From assembly GCA_964016885.1 (NCBI GenBank), contig OZ024742.1, positions 339,512,001 through 339,576,000 on the forward strand: a stretch of 64,000 nucleotides of DNA. The letters run 5' to 3'. The position numbers were made by a program, and so were the translations under genes. Shown piece after piece: positions 40,765 to 56,280 of the stretch; position 1 is the stretch's first letter; each line of letters opens with the position of its first letter. Below the pieces are notes generated by a model. It was not told the origin of the DNA. It did not search any database and saw nothing but the letters and a program-made list of their open reading frames with translations. The DNA is from Eledone cirrhosa. Taxonomy: Eukaryota.

Positions 40765-41328
40765 GGTGGCTGCCAACTCGTTTTCGAGTACGGACACTAC
40801 TTATATCCATGTAGGAGAACTCCTCCCGATGCGCTGAACGAGTGTGACTTTTTAGTCCAACCAGCGACTTGAAAACTCTGGTACAAACACTACACTTGTG
40901 ACAATTATTGACACATAGTGTTGGGCCCATGGTACCATGTGACGACAAGTGCAGAGAGATCTCCAGATATAAAGCAATGCCTGTGCCATGAAGCTTTCAT
41001 AGTGAGCAAAGGCACTGCACAAACCAGTCCCACTCTTTTAACCAAGATGATATTTACCAAAAAGAAGAACAAGTCAACATCATTGGATACCATCAGGGTT
41101 GCAGGTGTTATATCAGAGTTTTCCTTCTCCTAGAATTCTGCCTTGACAAAGGCTAAGGGGTCATCTCTCCCGGTGATTTTGGATGGCCATTGAGTCTTAA
41201 GAGCTCCTTTGCCCTTCGACAGGTTTTTGTTTTTAGTCCTGCAGGATGTCCAAAGTCACCCTCCTCACCAAGAAACCTTGGTGGGGTTGCCAGTTTAGTC
41301 ACCAACGACCCGACCATGAGACAGGTTG
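40765..41328 (-). mobile_element. Non-autonomous RTE-derived element
   Basis: Third copy; encodes [22 protein letters not shown]. Confidence 0.75.
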
Positions 41329-41864
41329 TATGTATATATGTATGTATATATACATATATACATACATATATGTGTATACATATATATATATACATATATG
41401 CCTGGATAACTCAGTCGGGAGAGCATCATACTTTTATAGTGTACATTACTAAATGCATTACATGATCACGTGTTCACGTTCCTCTTTGAGCGAAGTCATT
41501 ATATATGTGTGTGTGCGCATGCGTGCGAGAGCAGCGCGCGCATATGCGTGCATATGTCCGTCAAATGAGTACGTGACCTAATTACAATTTTGCAGCTGCA
41601 CTTACGGAATTCTCTCTCCCATTTCTAAGGCAATTCTGAAAAGAATGAAGGTCACAAAATCTCATTCACCGCATTTTCCTCGCTCCTCTTCACTCTCTCT
41701 CTTTCTCTATCTCTCATCCCCATCTCTCTCTCTATCTCACCACCCTCTCCCTCTCTCTCATCCCCATCTCTCTCTCTCTTCTCCAACTCTCTCTCTTTCT
41801 CCTCTCTCCCCCATCTCTCTCTCTCATCCCCATGTCTCTCTCTCACCCCTCTCTCTCCTCTCCA

Positions 41865-41914
<50 letters not shown>

Positions 41915-42119
41915 CCCCTCTCACTCGCTCACCCCTCTCTCTCCTCACCCCTCCCTCTCTCTCTGTCTCCTAAAAATCTAAGGTCTCATTCTCCTCTGTT
42001 TTGTTCCAGTTGTTACTATAAAACAAAATCAATAATTTCCCCTTCCAAACCAACATCAAATACAATATTTGTTGCACTTACGAATGTTGAATGTTTTCCA
42101 GCATAAAATGCTGACCTTT

Positions 42120-42365
42120 CCAGAGACATTAGCGCCGCTCAGCGTCGCTATTGAGTATTTTCAACAACATATTCCTGGCCTGCTTGCCTCGCCTGCAAAA
42201 TTCATTCCTTAGTAAAAATTAGCTTTAACTGGCGGGAAATAATAATAAAAATAATAAATAAACATATCTCTTCCATTATATTACCAATTACCAATTAGAG
42301 TAATTATTTTTCTAGTCAATTAGTTGTTCGCTGCTTTCAGACCTGACGTGAGCGCAGGCGCAATA
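42120..42365. promoter_or_regulatory. Promoter/enhancer-like unique island
   Basis: GGCGGGAAA (E2F-type) at 42231, TGACGTGA (CRE-like) at 42344, GCGCAGGCGC (NRF1-like) at 42352. Confidence 0.35.
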
Positions 42366-42504
42366 CAAAACACCCAAAAATAACAATAAAGACAACAACA
42401 ACAACAATAATAACAACAATAACAACAACAACAACAATAACAAAAGCCTGGATCACTTGAGTGAGGCATTCGATGTTTAATCATTAATTTAGCAGTAAGT
42501 CAAT

Positions 42505-43682
<1,178 letters not shown>

Positions 43683-44026
43683 GTCGAGGCGTTAAATCGA
43701 AGTCCATGTCGTTTTGCTCAAAATGGCGCAGAGCAGGAAAGGGTGGAGAGAAATAAAGACAAAACGTCAAAAGCATAAAGAGATCAAATAGAAGAACGAA
43801 GTAAATTAAAAGACAGGAGAAAGTATTTGAAAGAACAAAGGGGTCCAGCAGAAACTATTAGGTACGAGTAGTTCCCTAATGTGGTTAGATTTCGGTAAAC
43901 AACCAGAGTGTACTGTATTGATTACAAGCAAACATATAAAGTGATTGAAGATATCTAAGATAATACGATTAACACACGAACGTAGCCACACTCACCAGGT
44001 ACACACATACATACACACTCATTCTG

Positions 44027-44078
<52 letters not shown>

Positions 44079-44144
44079 TATGTATATATATATATATATA
44101 TATATAAATATATATACATACATATATGTATATATGTATATATG

Positions 44145-44239
<95 letters not shown>

Positions 44240-44286
44240 TTGAGTGTCTATGGACGTGTGCATTCGTGCAGGTGCATGCCTGTATG

Positions 44287-44334
<48 letters not shown>

Positions 44335-44689
44335 CGCGAATGTCTGTGTGTGTGTGTGTGTGTGCGCGCGCATGTATGCGCGTGTGTGTAAGTGTGTGAA
44401 TGTGTGTGCTTTGGATAAAAAAAATCACTAAGTGTTTTTCTATTAGAAGAAGGAAAATTCCAATATCTAAAACAATATGGAAATTGGGACACATTTTTCC
44501 CTCCATAATATATTCTGCATATCATGACACACTAATGCTAAAAAAACTGGACACTTTTAATATTCCACACAAAATTTAATTCATAGCATTTTTTCTGTGT
44601 GATATAGAGCAACGTTCCTGGATAGAGTACCTAGCTAGGATATCAGAGAGTTACTCTAGGTTGAGCTGATACTTCTCTGAATTTAAAGG

Positions 44690-44889
44690 TCACAGCTCCG
44701 ATACTATGGGCATGAGGTTAGAATGTCTCAGGAAAGAATCACTGGAAGATTTTACTGGCAAAACCAACCGGTAGGAGACCCAGGGGTAGACACCGAGAAT
44801 GATGGTTGGATAACATCTATGAGCTTGGAATAAGTCGGCGAAGAAGAAGAAGAAGAAGAAGAAGAAGAAGAAGAAGAAGAAGAAGAAGA
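44690..44889 (+). mobile_element. RTE-like LINE 3' end with (GAA)n tail
   Basis: QLRYYGHEVRM and GRRPRGR motifs, then (GAA)n. Confidence 0.65.
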
Positions 44890-45499
44890 TATAGAGCATT
44901 CGAAGAACATTATTGAAAAAAAAAAAATTAACCAACAAGAGAAAGCGGAGTTATTTATCGAGGAGTATTGGTTGTAAGAGTGTCACATGTGAACATGTAA
45001 CACTAAAACAAGATATCGAGTATGTAATTCAGAATAGTGAAGTATACTGGTGATGTATAGCGTCGTTCTAGTACACTACTAGCAGGGCTGGCAGGGCTTG
45101 AGTATTTAGTACCCTAGGTAGGCCATACAATGTCCGCTCCATTCTCCTAGTTATGTGTCACATTCTCCTAAATAAAACAACCTTAGTTTAGAGTTGAGCA
45201 AGCCGACAAATCTAATAGCGCTGTGGTAGTGCGCTATCAACAGGACTCGCACCTATATATCTAACGTTTTTGACTAACACTACAATGTGTGGCCACTCTC
45301 CTAATTATGCACCTTCTTCTCCCAGTAATACACCACATTCTCTTAAAACAATTTCAGCTTACGATTTGGCAAGCTGACAATCCTAGTTTTTGAATCGTCT
45401 TGCTCTGACCAGATTTTAAAAATTTACTAAATCTACATTTTTCACTACACAGTCCATACACTAAAGACTAATGTCTGTCTTAAGCCAGGAGGCCTGTTA

Positions 45500-45745
45500 G
45501 GCTGCTGTTTATCCCGGTTTCATGCAGTTAAGTGAATGAGAGTAAAAGAATCCACACTGGACAGGACGCCAGTCCATCGCAGGGTTAAACCCCCAGCTAT
45601 TGCTGGTATTCATTTTCAGCTGAGTATACTGGAGCAACGTAAAATGAAGTGCTTAAGAACCCAACACACATCCCAGCCCTGGAATCGAGCACACAGCATT
45701 ATGATCGTAAGTCCAACACTCTTACCACTAAGCCACACACTTCCA
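45500..45745 (-). mobile_element. tRNA-derived SINE
   Basis: Minus strand begins gtggcttagtggtaagagtgttggac...ctcgattccagg (A/B boxes). Confidence 0.7.
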
Positions 45746-46087
45746 CTCTAGACCATACTCGGCCATGTCAAATCATGTGACAAGGCATACCACTATACGG
45801 TTATCTCCACGGCTTTGGATTATTCCACGGCGCTGCTATGTGGCAAAAATATTTACTGATTTATTTATTTATCGCAGGAAATTATCATATATTTTATATT
45901 TAATTATATATATATATATTTTTTCAGAAATGTCAATATATATAAGTAAATCAACTAATAACTTAACACTTCACACAACGTAAAATATTTCGTTTTAATC
46001 ATTTTCTAACCCAGAAAAAAGAGAGAAAAAAATAAAAACGAAAAAAAATATTTTTCTTCCTAATAATCGTCTTTTTCTCCTTGTTTT

Positions 46088-46145
<58 letters not shown>

Positions 46146-46515
46146 CATTTCTGAGATTTGATACCTAGACGGCTGTCTGGTTTGTCTAAAGGTAGCACTA
46201 TCCCTGACTACGACTGGTTCACACCAATGTTTAGATGTTCCACATGACAAAGGCAGTTAATACTGTATTTCTATAAAACAATCTAAAATACAAAGAAATA
46301 AAATTATATTTACATGTCTTTTGTATCTTATTAATTATATTAAATTAATAATATAAAATACATGTATGTCCTACTGTGCTGCGTAATGCAATTAGAATTA
46401 AATTAGCATATATCTAATTATACAATATATGATTAATATATTAAGTTAAAATATATATATTATTGTGTTGTATGAATCAATTTAGAGTAACTTTATATGT
46501 ATCATATACAATTTG

Positions 46516-46670
46516 AGCGGCAGTATCGTTAGAACGTCGGATAGAATGTTTGGCTGCTTTCTGTGTTTTCTGAGCTTAAATTCCACCGAGGTTAACTTTG
46601 CCTTTTATCCTTTCCAGGTCGATAAAAACATCTCTCCAAATACGGGGTCGATTCTTTCTATTTAACTCCT
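46516..46670 (+). mobile_element. Degenerate CORE-type SINE
   Basis: Similar to 3751 and 24119. Confidence 0.65.
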
Positions 46671-46860
46671 TCTTACTTCATCTCCCCCTTCTTTGCCCTC
46701 TCCCTCTCTCCCCCCTTTTTGTAAGAAATTGGCTGTGTTTAAGATCTGGAGAGAGAATGGACTTTGTTATACTTAAAAAGAGGCCGGGCTTTGCCATGTT
46801 TAAAGAGCCTAAGATAACTCCATCAGTTTCCACGGATCCATATTATACAATATATGATTA

Positions 46861-47564
46861 TCGTATATGCCGGCGTATAAGTCGATCCGGTGCATAAATC
46901 GCCCCTTAAAATTTTGAGATTTAGGCCTATATTCGCCGGATAAGACGAGTCCCCAAAATAAAGTAGCTGCAGGGGAAATAATTAAAAAAAATTTAGTGCC
47001 GTGTTAAAGGCACTTCTAAAACACTTCAGTCGCTCGTGAGTTCAAATTCACTGAGTAAACCAGCCTAGCCTAGCCTTAACAAACCTATGGTAACCTACCC
47101 CATGAGCTACGACAAATCATTGAATCGGTGGATTGGCAGTATTGGTAGAGGGTAGAGGGTCGGACGCCATGCTTTGCAGCACAGAGTTACGGCTCTTTAT
47201 GATCTGAGTTCAAATCTCGTCGAGGTTAGCTTTGCCTTTTTATGGGATCGGTAAAATAAAGCACCAGTAACGTACTGGGTCGATTTAATCGACTTTTCCC
47301 TCCTCCAAAATTACTGGCCTATACTAGAAATCATTATAATCTCTACGTTAAATAGACTTAACAAATACAAGATTCAGTAGGAAATAATTGTGGTGGGCTG
47401 CTAGAGTTATGGTAAGTAGTGTACAACGAGCGTTAGGCTGGCAGTTTCACTGTTTACCCTTCGGTGGTAAAGGTTCACATTTTATATTCGGTGGACAAGT
47501 CGACCCCTGGTTTTGAAGAGATATTTTAGGCTCCAAATATCGACTTGTACACCGGCTTATACGG
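46861..47564. mobile_element. pogo-type MITE with a nested SINE (47126-47340)
   Basis: TA-flanked TIRs tcgtatatgccggcgtataagtcgat / atcgacttgtacaccggcttatacgg. Confidence 0.75.
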
Positions 47565-47746
47565 TAGTTTCTTGACTTAAAATATTTATGTCTTACTAAA
47601 AATTGCAAACATACATTTAGTGTGGCCCATGAAGTTTTCCCAGTGATTTTTTAAGGAGACATTTTGAAAAGGGTTTTGAACATTAGTGAGATATACAAAA
47701 GTTTTTAAAAATTACAGTATATTTCATTTAACCTGATTATACGTAA

Positions 47747-48250
47747 TGTAGGTCCAGCGAAGGTGAGAAAAAGGAGAATGAATGCAAAAGTGAGTATTTA
47801 ATGTACATGCAAAGGATATGAATGTTTATACACCTTAATTCTCATTCACTTCATATACTTATAGGGGTTTTGTGGCAACACAAAATACAGCACTACAATA
47901 GTCCTCTTATATGATCTGTATCTAGCTTTGATAGCTATATTCATCACGTGCCAAGTAAGCGTCTTCAGCAAAGCTAGTATAGCCACTGCCTCTGTCTCTC
48001 TCTCTCTCCACATCTTTCACTATTATAAACAAATGGGGGCCCACCCGCTGGCCACCCCGCGGCCTTGGCGGATAGAATAGAGAAGTCGTTTCTCCGTAGG
48101 ATGGTGAGGGAGACGCATTATAAGACCCATTCCAGCTCACGAGGCTAACTCCTGAGAGTAGCCAACTCTGTGCTGATGGTGGCCAGTAGGGAGGTGGTCC
48201 TAGGGTCAAGGAAACCAGAATTTTCCAGGAACTAGTGATAGGCCACTACT
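47747..48250. mobile_element. Candidate solo LTR
   Basis: About 500-nt GC-richer block with tgtag...ctac termini; no target-site duplication verified. Confidence 0.3.
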
Positions 48251-49043
48251 TCCGTGATTCAGCTTCGATTGTTTAAGCTGGTTGAAGCTAAGTTATGATT
48301 GGAGCTGTTTTATTTCAATTACACACTGCTTATACATCAGATCAAAGTAAAAAGAAAGATGAATACCACATAACCACACTCGTCACATCCTTCAACAATC
48401 GTAGCCTAACTAATCCTAACTGAAAAATCTATATATCTGATTTGGAATACTACTGAAGGAAAAATACACAGATTAAATAAAGAGAAAAGAAAACAAAAAA
48501 GAACCCACCCCCACCAACTAAATATGAAGATAAATGGTGAAGCGTTTGTTATATTATAGTTAATAGAAAACACCAGTAAGAAAAAAAACAAAACAATAAA
48601 CCGCCCCGACAGAGGCGTTTCTTCACAGCTAGCAAGTTTGATCACCAGCATCTATAGGTTTGACACTGCGGATATATGTAGAAATCTTGATCAAGCAACC
48701 AAGCAACCAAGCAAACGCAACATATATGACTGAACAAAAGAACTTAACAGATATTTATAACAAAGGAGAGAATTCGGCGAAAAAAAAACAAAAAAAAACA
48801 ACAAGATGGCGCAATTCGCTCCCCTCGTATAACTTATTTATTTATTTTTACTTTATTCAATACTTTTCTGGTGTTTTTGAGGAATATGAAATGGTTATAC
48901 GAAAATGATTTTGCGGGCAGTGGGTAGGTGAAAGCAGTGAGTGTATGGCTGTGTTAGGGGAGGAATTGGAGGAGGGGAGGGCGAGTGAGGCGTAAAAAGC
49001 ATGTAATTAGCTGTTTCTGATGGCAAACGTTTATTTATTTTTG

Positions 49044-49078
<35 letters not shown>

Positions 49079-49111
49079 AATATATATATCCATATATATA
49101 TACATACACAC

Positions 49112-49186
<75 letters not shown>

Positions 49187-49242
49187 TATACATATACAGA
49201 TATATATATTTATATATATATATGTATATATATATGTACATA

Positions 49243-49314
<72 letters not shown>

Positions 49315-49356
49315 CACACACACATATATATATATACATATACATATATACATATA

Positions 49357-49424
<68 letters not shown>

Positions 49425-49486
49425 CAGATATATATATATTTATATATATATATGTATATATATATGTACATATATGTATATGTATA

Positions 49487-49544
<58 letters not shown>

Positions 49545-49614
49545 TGTGTGCATGCTTATATGTTTATATGTATATGCAAGCATGCATGTACGTATGTATG
49601 CATGTAGGCGTGTA

Positions 49615-49670
<56 letters not shown>

Positions 49671-49822
49671 TACATACATGCTATTTGTCCAGCTAGTTAT
49701 TTTCTTTTTGTTTTCACAATTCCGCATTTTTATTCTTGTAGACTTGTTTATAAAATACTTATTTATATATTTATTTGTTTCCAAATTTATTTTATTTATC
49801 CTTATCAGTATTATTATTATTA

Positions 49823-49885
<63 letters not shown>

Positions 49886-50567
49886 GTTTTTAGAGCCATC
49901 AAATTGAAACAACTATGTCAGTGACTTATTTCTATTGGCTAACATATTTCAGGTAGAAAAAAATAAATGCAGTTAAAATGTTGATAATGTAATAACATGA
50001 TAACAATAGATATTGGAAGACAGGGATGAGATGGGTGTGGGGTATGTGTGTGTGTGTGTGTGTGGGGGGGTTATGGGGGGGGGGGGAATAGATACATCAC
50101 AGCTCGTCACTCGGTAAGCTTCGTAAGTGAAGAACAAAGAGAAAGATGATGTGTGATGAAAAGAGAGGATGCTTGAATGGTGATGATAATGATGGCGGTG
50201 ACAAAAGAACAGCAACAACAATAAGAACAATGATTGTAATAGTGAAGTACTAAGTCCAGCGGAATGAGATAAAGAAGGAGAAAAAAACAGACTTTAGAGA
50301 TATAAGAAGCTGCACAAAATATATATACAAAAAAATGAAAACAGTATAAAAATGTGTCGATACACACACAAACATACATATAGAGAGACACAGACACACA
50401 CACACGCATACACACAGACAGACACAGACACACACACACACATACACACAGAGACACACACACACACATATATATATGTATATATATGTATACGTATATA
50501 TATATATACACATATATACATATATAAGTTTGCATATATACATATATATATTTATGTATACGCAATC

Positions 50568-50618
<51 letters not shown>

Positions 50619-50741
50619 TGTGGTGTGCATGCGAGCATAAATGAAAGTGTGTGAATGTGTTTATGTATGTTTGTATATAATCTTATAATACATACATATG
50701 TATGTGTGTATATATATATATACACACACCCACACATGGAT

Positions 50742-50808
<67 letters not shown>

Positions 50809-51168
50809 AACAGACGCACACATATAAAGACGTGTATGCATGCATGAGTGGGTATGTATGTATGTACGATATGTGTATTTATTTACCCACGTATGTGAGG
50901 AAAATTGCGTATGCATGTTAAAATAAATCTTTAGTTTGGCTGCTGACACTGAAAAAATACGGGCAGAAAACTGACTTTTACCATTTGTCACAACTTAAAG
51001 GAGCCCATTTCTAAATTTCACACAGTTCTGATTTCATTGACAATAAATCAAACACACAAAAAAATATATTCAAATAATGTGGAAAAAATAGAAAAAATTA
51101 TAGGAATGGAATATAAGGATAACAAATATATCAATAAATACCAGCACAAACAGAGACACAGTAATATG

Positions 51169-51229
<61 letters not shown>

Positions 51230-51234
51230 ATATA

Positions 51235-51265
<31 letters not shown>

Positions 51266-51754
51266 ATGTATATATATGTATATATAAATACATACACACA
51301 CATATATATATAAGTATGTTTGTATCTATATATGTATATATAACGAACGAGACGAGGACAAAACGACAGAAATAGCATAGTTAAGAAGACACGTCTGTTG
51401 TTACAGTGATGTTAACAAATTAAAGATGGATGCCCCAGCGTTATATTTTTTATTCAGCGAGTGAACAAATCAAAATGGAGTATTCTTTCACTTTATTCAC
51501 TTCATTTCATATTTTATTTTATCTTCTATTATCTTTTACTTTTAGCAGCATTTTTTCTTGTTACATTATTTTGAATATCACTTTGTTGATGCCATGATGG
51601 ATAAATTATTTTTATATAATTCATGAATATATATATTTGAATTGTTTTATTTATGTCAATTGTTTATTTGTTTATGAATATTATATTTTATATATATATA
51701 TATATATAAATATACCAGTATATGTATATATGTAAATATATATATATATGTGTT

Positions 51755-51835
<81 letters not shown>

Positions 51836-51863
51836 ATATAAACACATATATATATATATTTAC

Positions 51864-51934
<71 letters not shown>

Positions 51935-51944
51935 TATATGTATG

Positions 51945-51975
<31 letters not shown>

Positions 51976-52127
51976 GTTTGTGTTTGTGTATGAATATATA
52001 AAAATATATGTATATACATATATATATATACATATATATATACATATATATGCGTGAATATATATATACATATATTTATATATATATATATATATATTCA
52101 TATATGTATATATTTATATATATATTC

Positions 52128-52196
<69 letters not shown>

Positions 52197-52612
52197 TATA
52201 CATATATGTATGTGTGTGTATGCGGGGGTGTTGTTATGTACGTGTATGTATGTATGGTGAATCCTTTCACTTCTATACATCGTTAACTCCACCCACTACT
52301 CACGCTGTTTACTAAATTTCTCGTTTCGTTGTATTTCTTTATATGTACACACACACACACACACACATAGACACACATACACACACACATAGACACACAC
52401 ACATATACACACATACACATTGACACACACACATACACACACATACACACACATACACACACATACACACACACACATACATACACCCATAGACACACAC
52501 ACACATAGACACACACACATACACACACACACACACACACATACACATACACACACACATAGACACAGACACACACATACACACACACATATACACACAC
52601 ACTACACATACA

Positions 52613-52657
<45 letters not shown>

Positions 52658-53661
52658 ACACACACACACACATACACACATACACACACAATAGATATAC
52701 TCATATATGTATATCACACATACAATGTATGTCTTTCTCTCTCCGTCCCTCCCTCATGTGTTCAATTCAGTTAAACATATTTGTGTTTATAAGATAAACT
52801 TTTCTTCTTCTTCTTCTTCTTCTTCTTCTTCTTCTTCTTCTTCTTCTTCTTCTTCTTCTTCTTCTTCTTCTCCCCCCCCCGCTTCTCTTCTCTTTCTCTG
52901 TCTATCTGTTTATCTATCTATCTCTTTCTTTCACCGTACGTATGTCTGTGTGAAAGTACGCAGTTTAATGCTTAAAATTTCCGACTTACCATTGTATAAT
53001 CGTGAGTTTGATATCCGGTAACATGTTATGTCCTTCCCGTTGCTTCTGGCAAAAAATGAGATCTACCTGTAATTCAAATTTCTAGACCTATCATAAAATG
53101 TGTTATGCCGAATCTCCCTGAGAAATACTTTGTATGTACACCTGTCTTGGAAATACCTAGCAAGTATCACCTTAACTTCAAGAGCTGCAGTCTGTCTTAT
53201 TGAGCAAATAATCGGAGCATTTAAACTCAGAACCGACGATTTGATGATCATGAGCCTAATACCTAACACTTAAACCACGGCCCTTTGCCACATGTACAAA
53301 CGTACACCACATACAATAGGAGTCGAGAAGGCAAATACTACATGGTTGCTAGAAATAGCAATCAAAGTCCCACAGATGAATCACATTAGATAATGTTGTA
53401 CTAGATATATTACACAGAAAAAACAACTGGATGTTCACTTCTGGAAAGATATTTATCATATGTTCAAATGTCAGCTTGATCATGGTTGACCAGTGGCGAA
53501 ACAACATACACTACACACGCATTCACACACACGCATTCACACACACACACACATTCACATACATACTTACATAAACTACACACACCCGCAGATACATATG
53601 TATGCATACAATATTCCACAATCCCAATGAGAAACTTAGGTGCATTCATGAAGACTATCTA

Positions 53662-54120
53662 CACCCTATAGTTTGTTTTATAAATCTTATCAATAATATT
53701 AGTAAGAGGAATTCTACCTCTCTTCTAGCAAAGCCATCTTTGATAGGGCAGCACCTTACTATAACTCAACATTAAACAACAGCGGCTTCCCCGAAAGAAC
53801 CATTTACTCTCCAGATCACCATCCTACATCTAGAAAGAAAAAAAAATACCTAGACATAAAGACGTCATATGGTTCGCACCACCTTTTGCACTTAATGTGA
53901 AAACCAATGTATATAGAATATTCCTAGCCTTCCTAGACCTCCACTTCCCTGTTAGCCATAAATACCGACAGATATTCAATCAGCATACAGTGAAAATAGG
54001 TTATTCGTGTACCAATAACATTAAAACCAACATCACCGGTAAACGCAAAAGCGGGTGCTCATGCTGAAGACCAGAGTAATGCCCACTGGACGAACAGTCA
54101 ACACTCCAGCGGTTATATAA
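53662..54120 (+). pseudogene. Penelope-like element ORF fragment (RT thumb, linker, Cys cluster, start of GIY-YIG)
   Basis: Translation with frameshifts: IFDRAAPYYNSTLNNSGF..VIWFAPPFALNVKTNV..FLAFLDLHFPVSHKYRQIFNQHTVKIGYSCTNN..CSC*RPE*CPL..AVI. Confidence 0.85.
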
Positions 54121-54125
54121 ATATA

Positions 54126-54735
54126 TAAACCAAGACAGTTATAAAAGCTTTAAAAACATGTGGCATCAACAACTCCCTAGATGGCACCGAAGATGATTTT
54201 CTGAATAATGATAGCAACACAAGAGATTCTGGAAAGAGCGATGACCTCCGAGGAAGGAGAAAAAGATGATGAATTTCAGGAACTAGACGAGGGTGACAGC
54301 CAGGAAATCAATGAGGGTGACAACCAGGAAATCAATGAGGGTGACAGCCAGGAAATCAATGAGGATGACAGCCAGGAAATTAATGAGGGTGACAGCCAGG
54401 AAATCAATGAGGGTTACAGTCAGGAAATCAATGAGGGTGACAGCCAGGAAATCAATGAGGATGACAGCCAGGAAATTAATGAGAATGACAGCCAGGAAAT
54501 CAATGAGGGTGATAGCCAGAAAATCAATGAGGGTGACAACCAGGAAATCAATTAGGGTTAGTCAGGAAATCAATGAGGGTGACAATAGTTATTATTTTAT
54601 AAGATTTGAAAGTGATTAAAATGTTGATACCGTTAATAGTGAGAATTCCCCTTAGTTTTATTTTTCCTGGATATTCATGTTAAATTTAGAGTACGTCCTA
54701 TATTCTGGTGCGTCTTATATTCCGAAAAAATACGG
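54126..54735 (+). mobile_element. 3' half of the same pogo-like transposon as 24645-25587
   Basis: Near-identical to 25062-25587, with a longer 24-nt repeat array and the right TIR. Confidence 0.85.
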
Positions 54736-54775
54736 TATATATGTATGTTTGTGTACATATATATATATATATATA

Positions 54776-54870
54776 ACAAAGAAAGTGTGGTAAGGAACCA
54801 GATGGACCATAACGCTCCCGAGTACTCGATACTTAGGGTAGTAGAGTCGGGGTCCTGACTCTTTTCCTAT
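54776..54870 (-). mobile_element. Family A tail joined to a short inverted stub
   Basis: ggtaaggaaccagatggacc...gagtactcgatacttagggtagtagag joined to gtcggggtcctgac. Confidence 0.7.
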
Positions 54871-55030
54871 ATATATATATATCCAGGGAGTGTAATTGGA
54901 GTTACTGTAGGTTCACCCGGGTGAGCACTCAATGTTTAGGTTCACTTCAGTGTCGAGGTGTACAGCTATACAGAGTGTATTATAGTGAAATAAAATAACA
55001 AGGACGATTCCTTCATTACGTCTATTGGTT

Positions 55031-55115
55031 GGTGACGCGCGTTTCGCCACTGATCAGCTCAAGGTTCGATCTGTATCAATCTAACCCGACTCTGTAATCC
55101 GCGGCTCGTCAGACC
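55031..55115 (-). ncRNA. Type I HHR with canonical core (element 54883-55138)
   Basis: ggt-CTGACGA-gccgcggat...atcagtggc-GAAAC-gcgc-GTC-acc. Confidence 0.85.
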
Positions 55116-55523
55116 CCTTGTAATGATAATGGAAAACTGAATATATATATATACATATACATATATATATATATATAAATAAAAAACCAGATGTCCCACA
55201 CGTGTGAAAGTAAGGAAAAGAAATCGAAAATGCAACTGGAGCCTTTTTAATAACGTTTATTTATTTCCTTTACCCGTTTCACAGTTCTTATGATTTTCAT
55301 AAATAAAGTTGAGATGGAAGGTTTGTGGTTTGTCTCGCATGTGTGTATGTCTGTGTGTGTGTTTGCGTGTGTGTGCTTGTGTCTGTGTGTGTATGTCTGT
55401 GTGTATGTCTGTGAGTGTGTATGTGTATGTGTGTGTATGTGTGTGTGTATGCGTGTGTGTGTATGACTGTGTGTGTATGTCTGTGTGTGTGTGTGTGTGT
55501 GTGTCTGGGTGTGTCTGGGTGTG

Positions 55524-55559
<36 letters not shown>

Positions 55560-56280
55560 CGTGTGTGTATGTGTATGTGTGTGTGTATCTGTGTGTCTAA
55601 TTTTCACCATTCATCAGCATCTCCACCATTGAATACTTTTTGGTTGATACTCCCTTCCTCTCTGTCTCTCTTCCTTCCTCTCTCTCCCTTCCTCTCTCTC
55701 TTCCTTCCTCTCCCTCTCCCTTCCTCTCTGTCCCTCTTCATTCCTCTCTCTCCCTTCCTCTCTCTCTTCCTTCCTCTCTCTCTTCCTTCCTCTCTCTCTC
55801 CCTTCCTCTATGTCTCTCTCCCTTCCCCTCTGTCTCCTTTCCACCTCTCTGCCTCCCTTCCTCTCTGTCAAAATGGTAGTTGTAGTATTGGTGGTAGTGG
55901 GGGTGGTAGTGCTAGTGGTGGTGGTGGTGGTGGTCCTCGTTAAACGCCATAGTAGGTGTTGAGGTGTTAGTGGTAAACGAGTAGCGGATGACGAAGTAAA
56001 AAGACAAAGAGGAAATTAAGAGGAAGAAAGAGAGAGAATGAGAGAGAGAGAGAGGGAGAGAGAGAGCGAGAGAGAGAGAGAGAGAGGGGCCAGAAAATGA
56101 GAAATGAAAATATGGTAGATGTGTAGGAAAGTGAATGATATAAACGAGAGAGGAGGAAGATGAGGAGGAGGGGGTGACATGGGAAGAGGGGGAGAAGGAG
56201 GGGGAGGGGGGATAGGTTGACAGAGAAGAGAAGGAGGAGGCGGAGGGATGACAGGGAAGAGAAGGAGGAGGGAATGATAG

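Noticed and set aside
40331-40948. C2H2 zinc-finger gene
   Set aside because: The finger is the RTE ORF C-terminus in a three-copy mobile element; the rest of the ORF is microsatellite
42081-42192. Minus-strand coding exon (ttttgcag...GTAAGT)
   Set aside because: Stops in all three frames; could only be non-coding, and there is no support for that
54055-54085. In-frame TGA near the Cys cluster as selenocysteine
   Set aside because: It falls at a likely Arg (CGA to TGA) position, next to a TAA and frameshifts, so simple decay is more likely
54208-54619. Acidic ORFs here and at 25144 as host genes
   Set aside because: They lie inside pogo transposon remnants that have upstream stops or truncation
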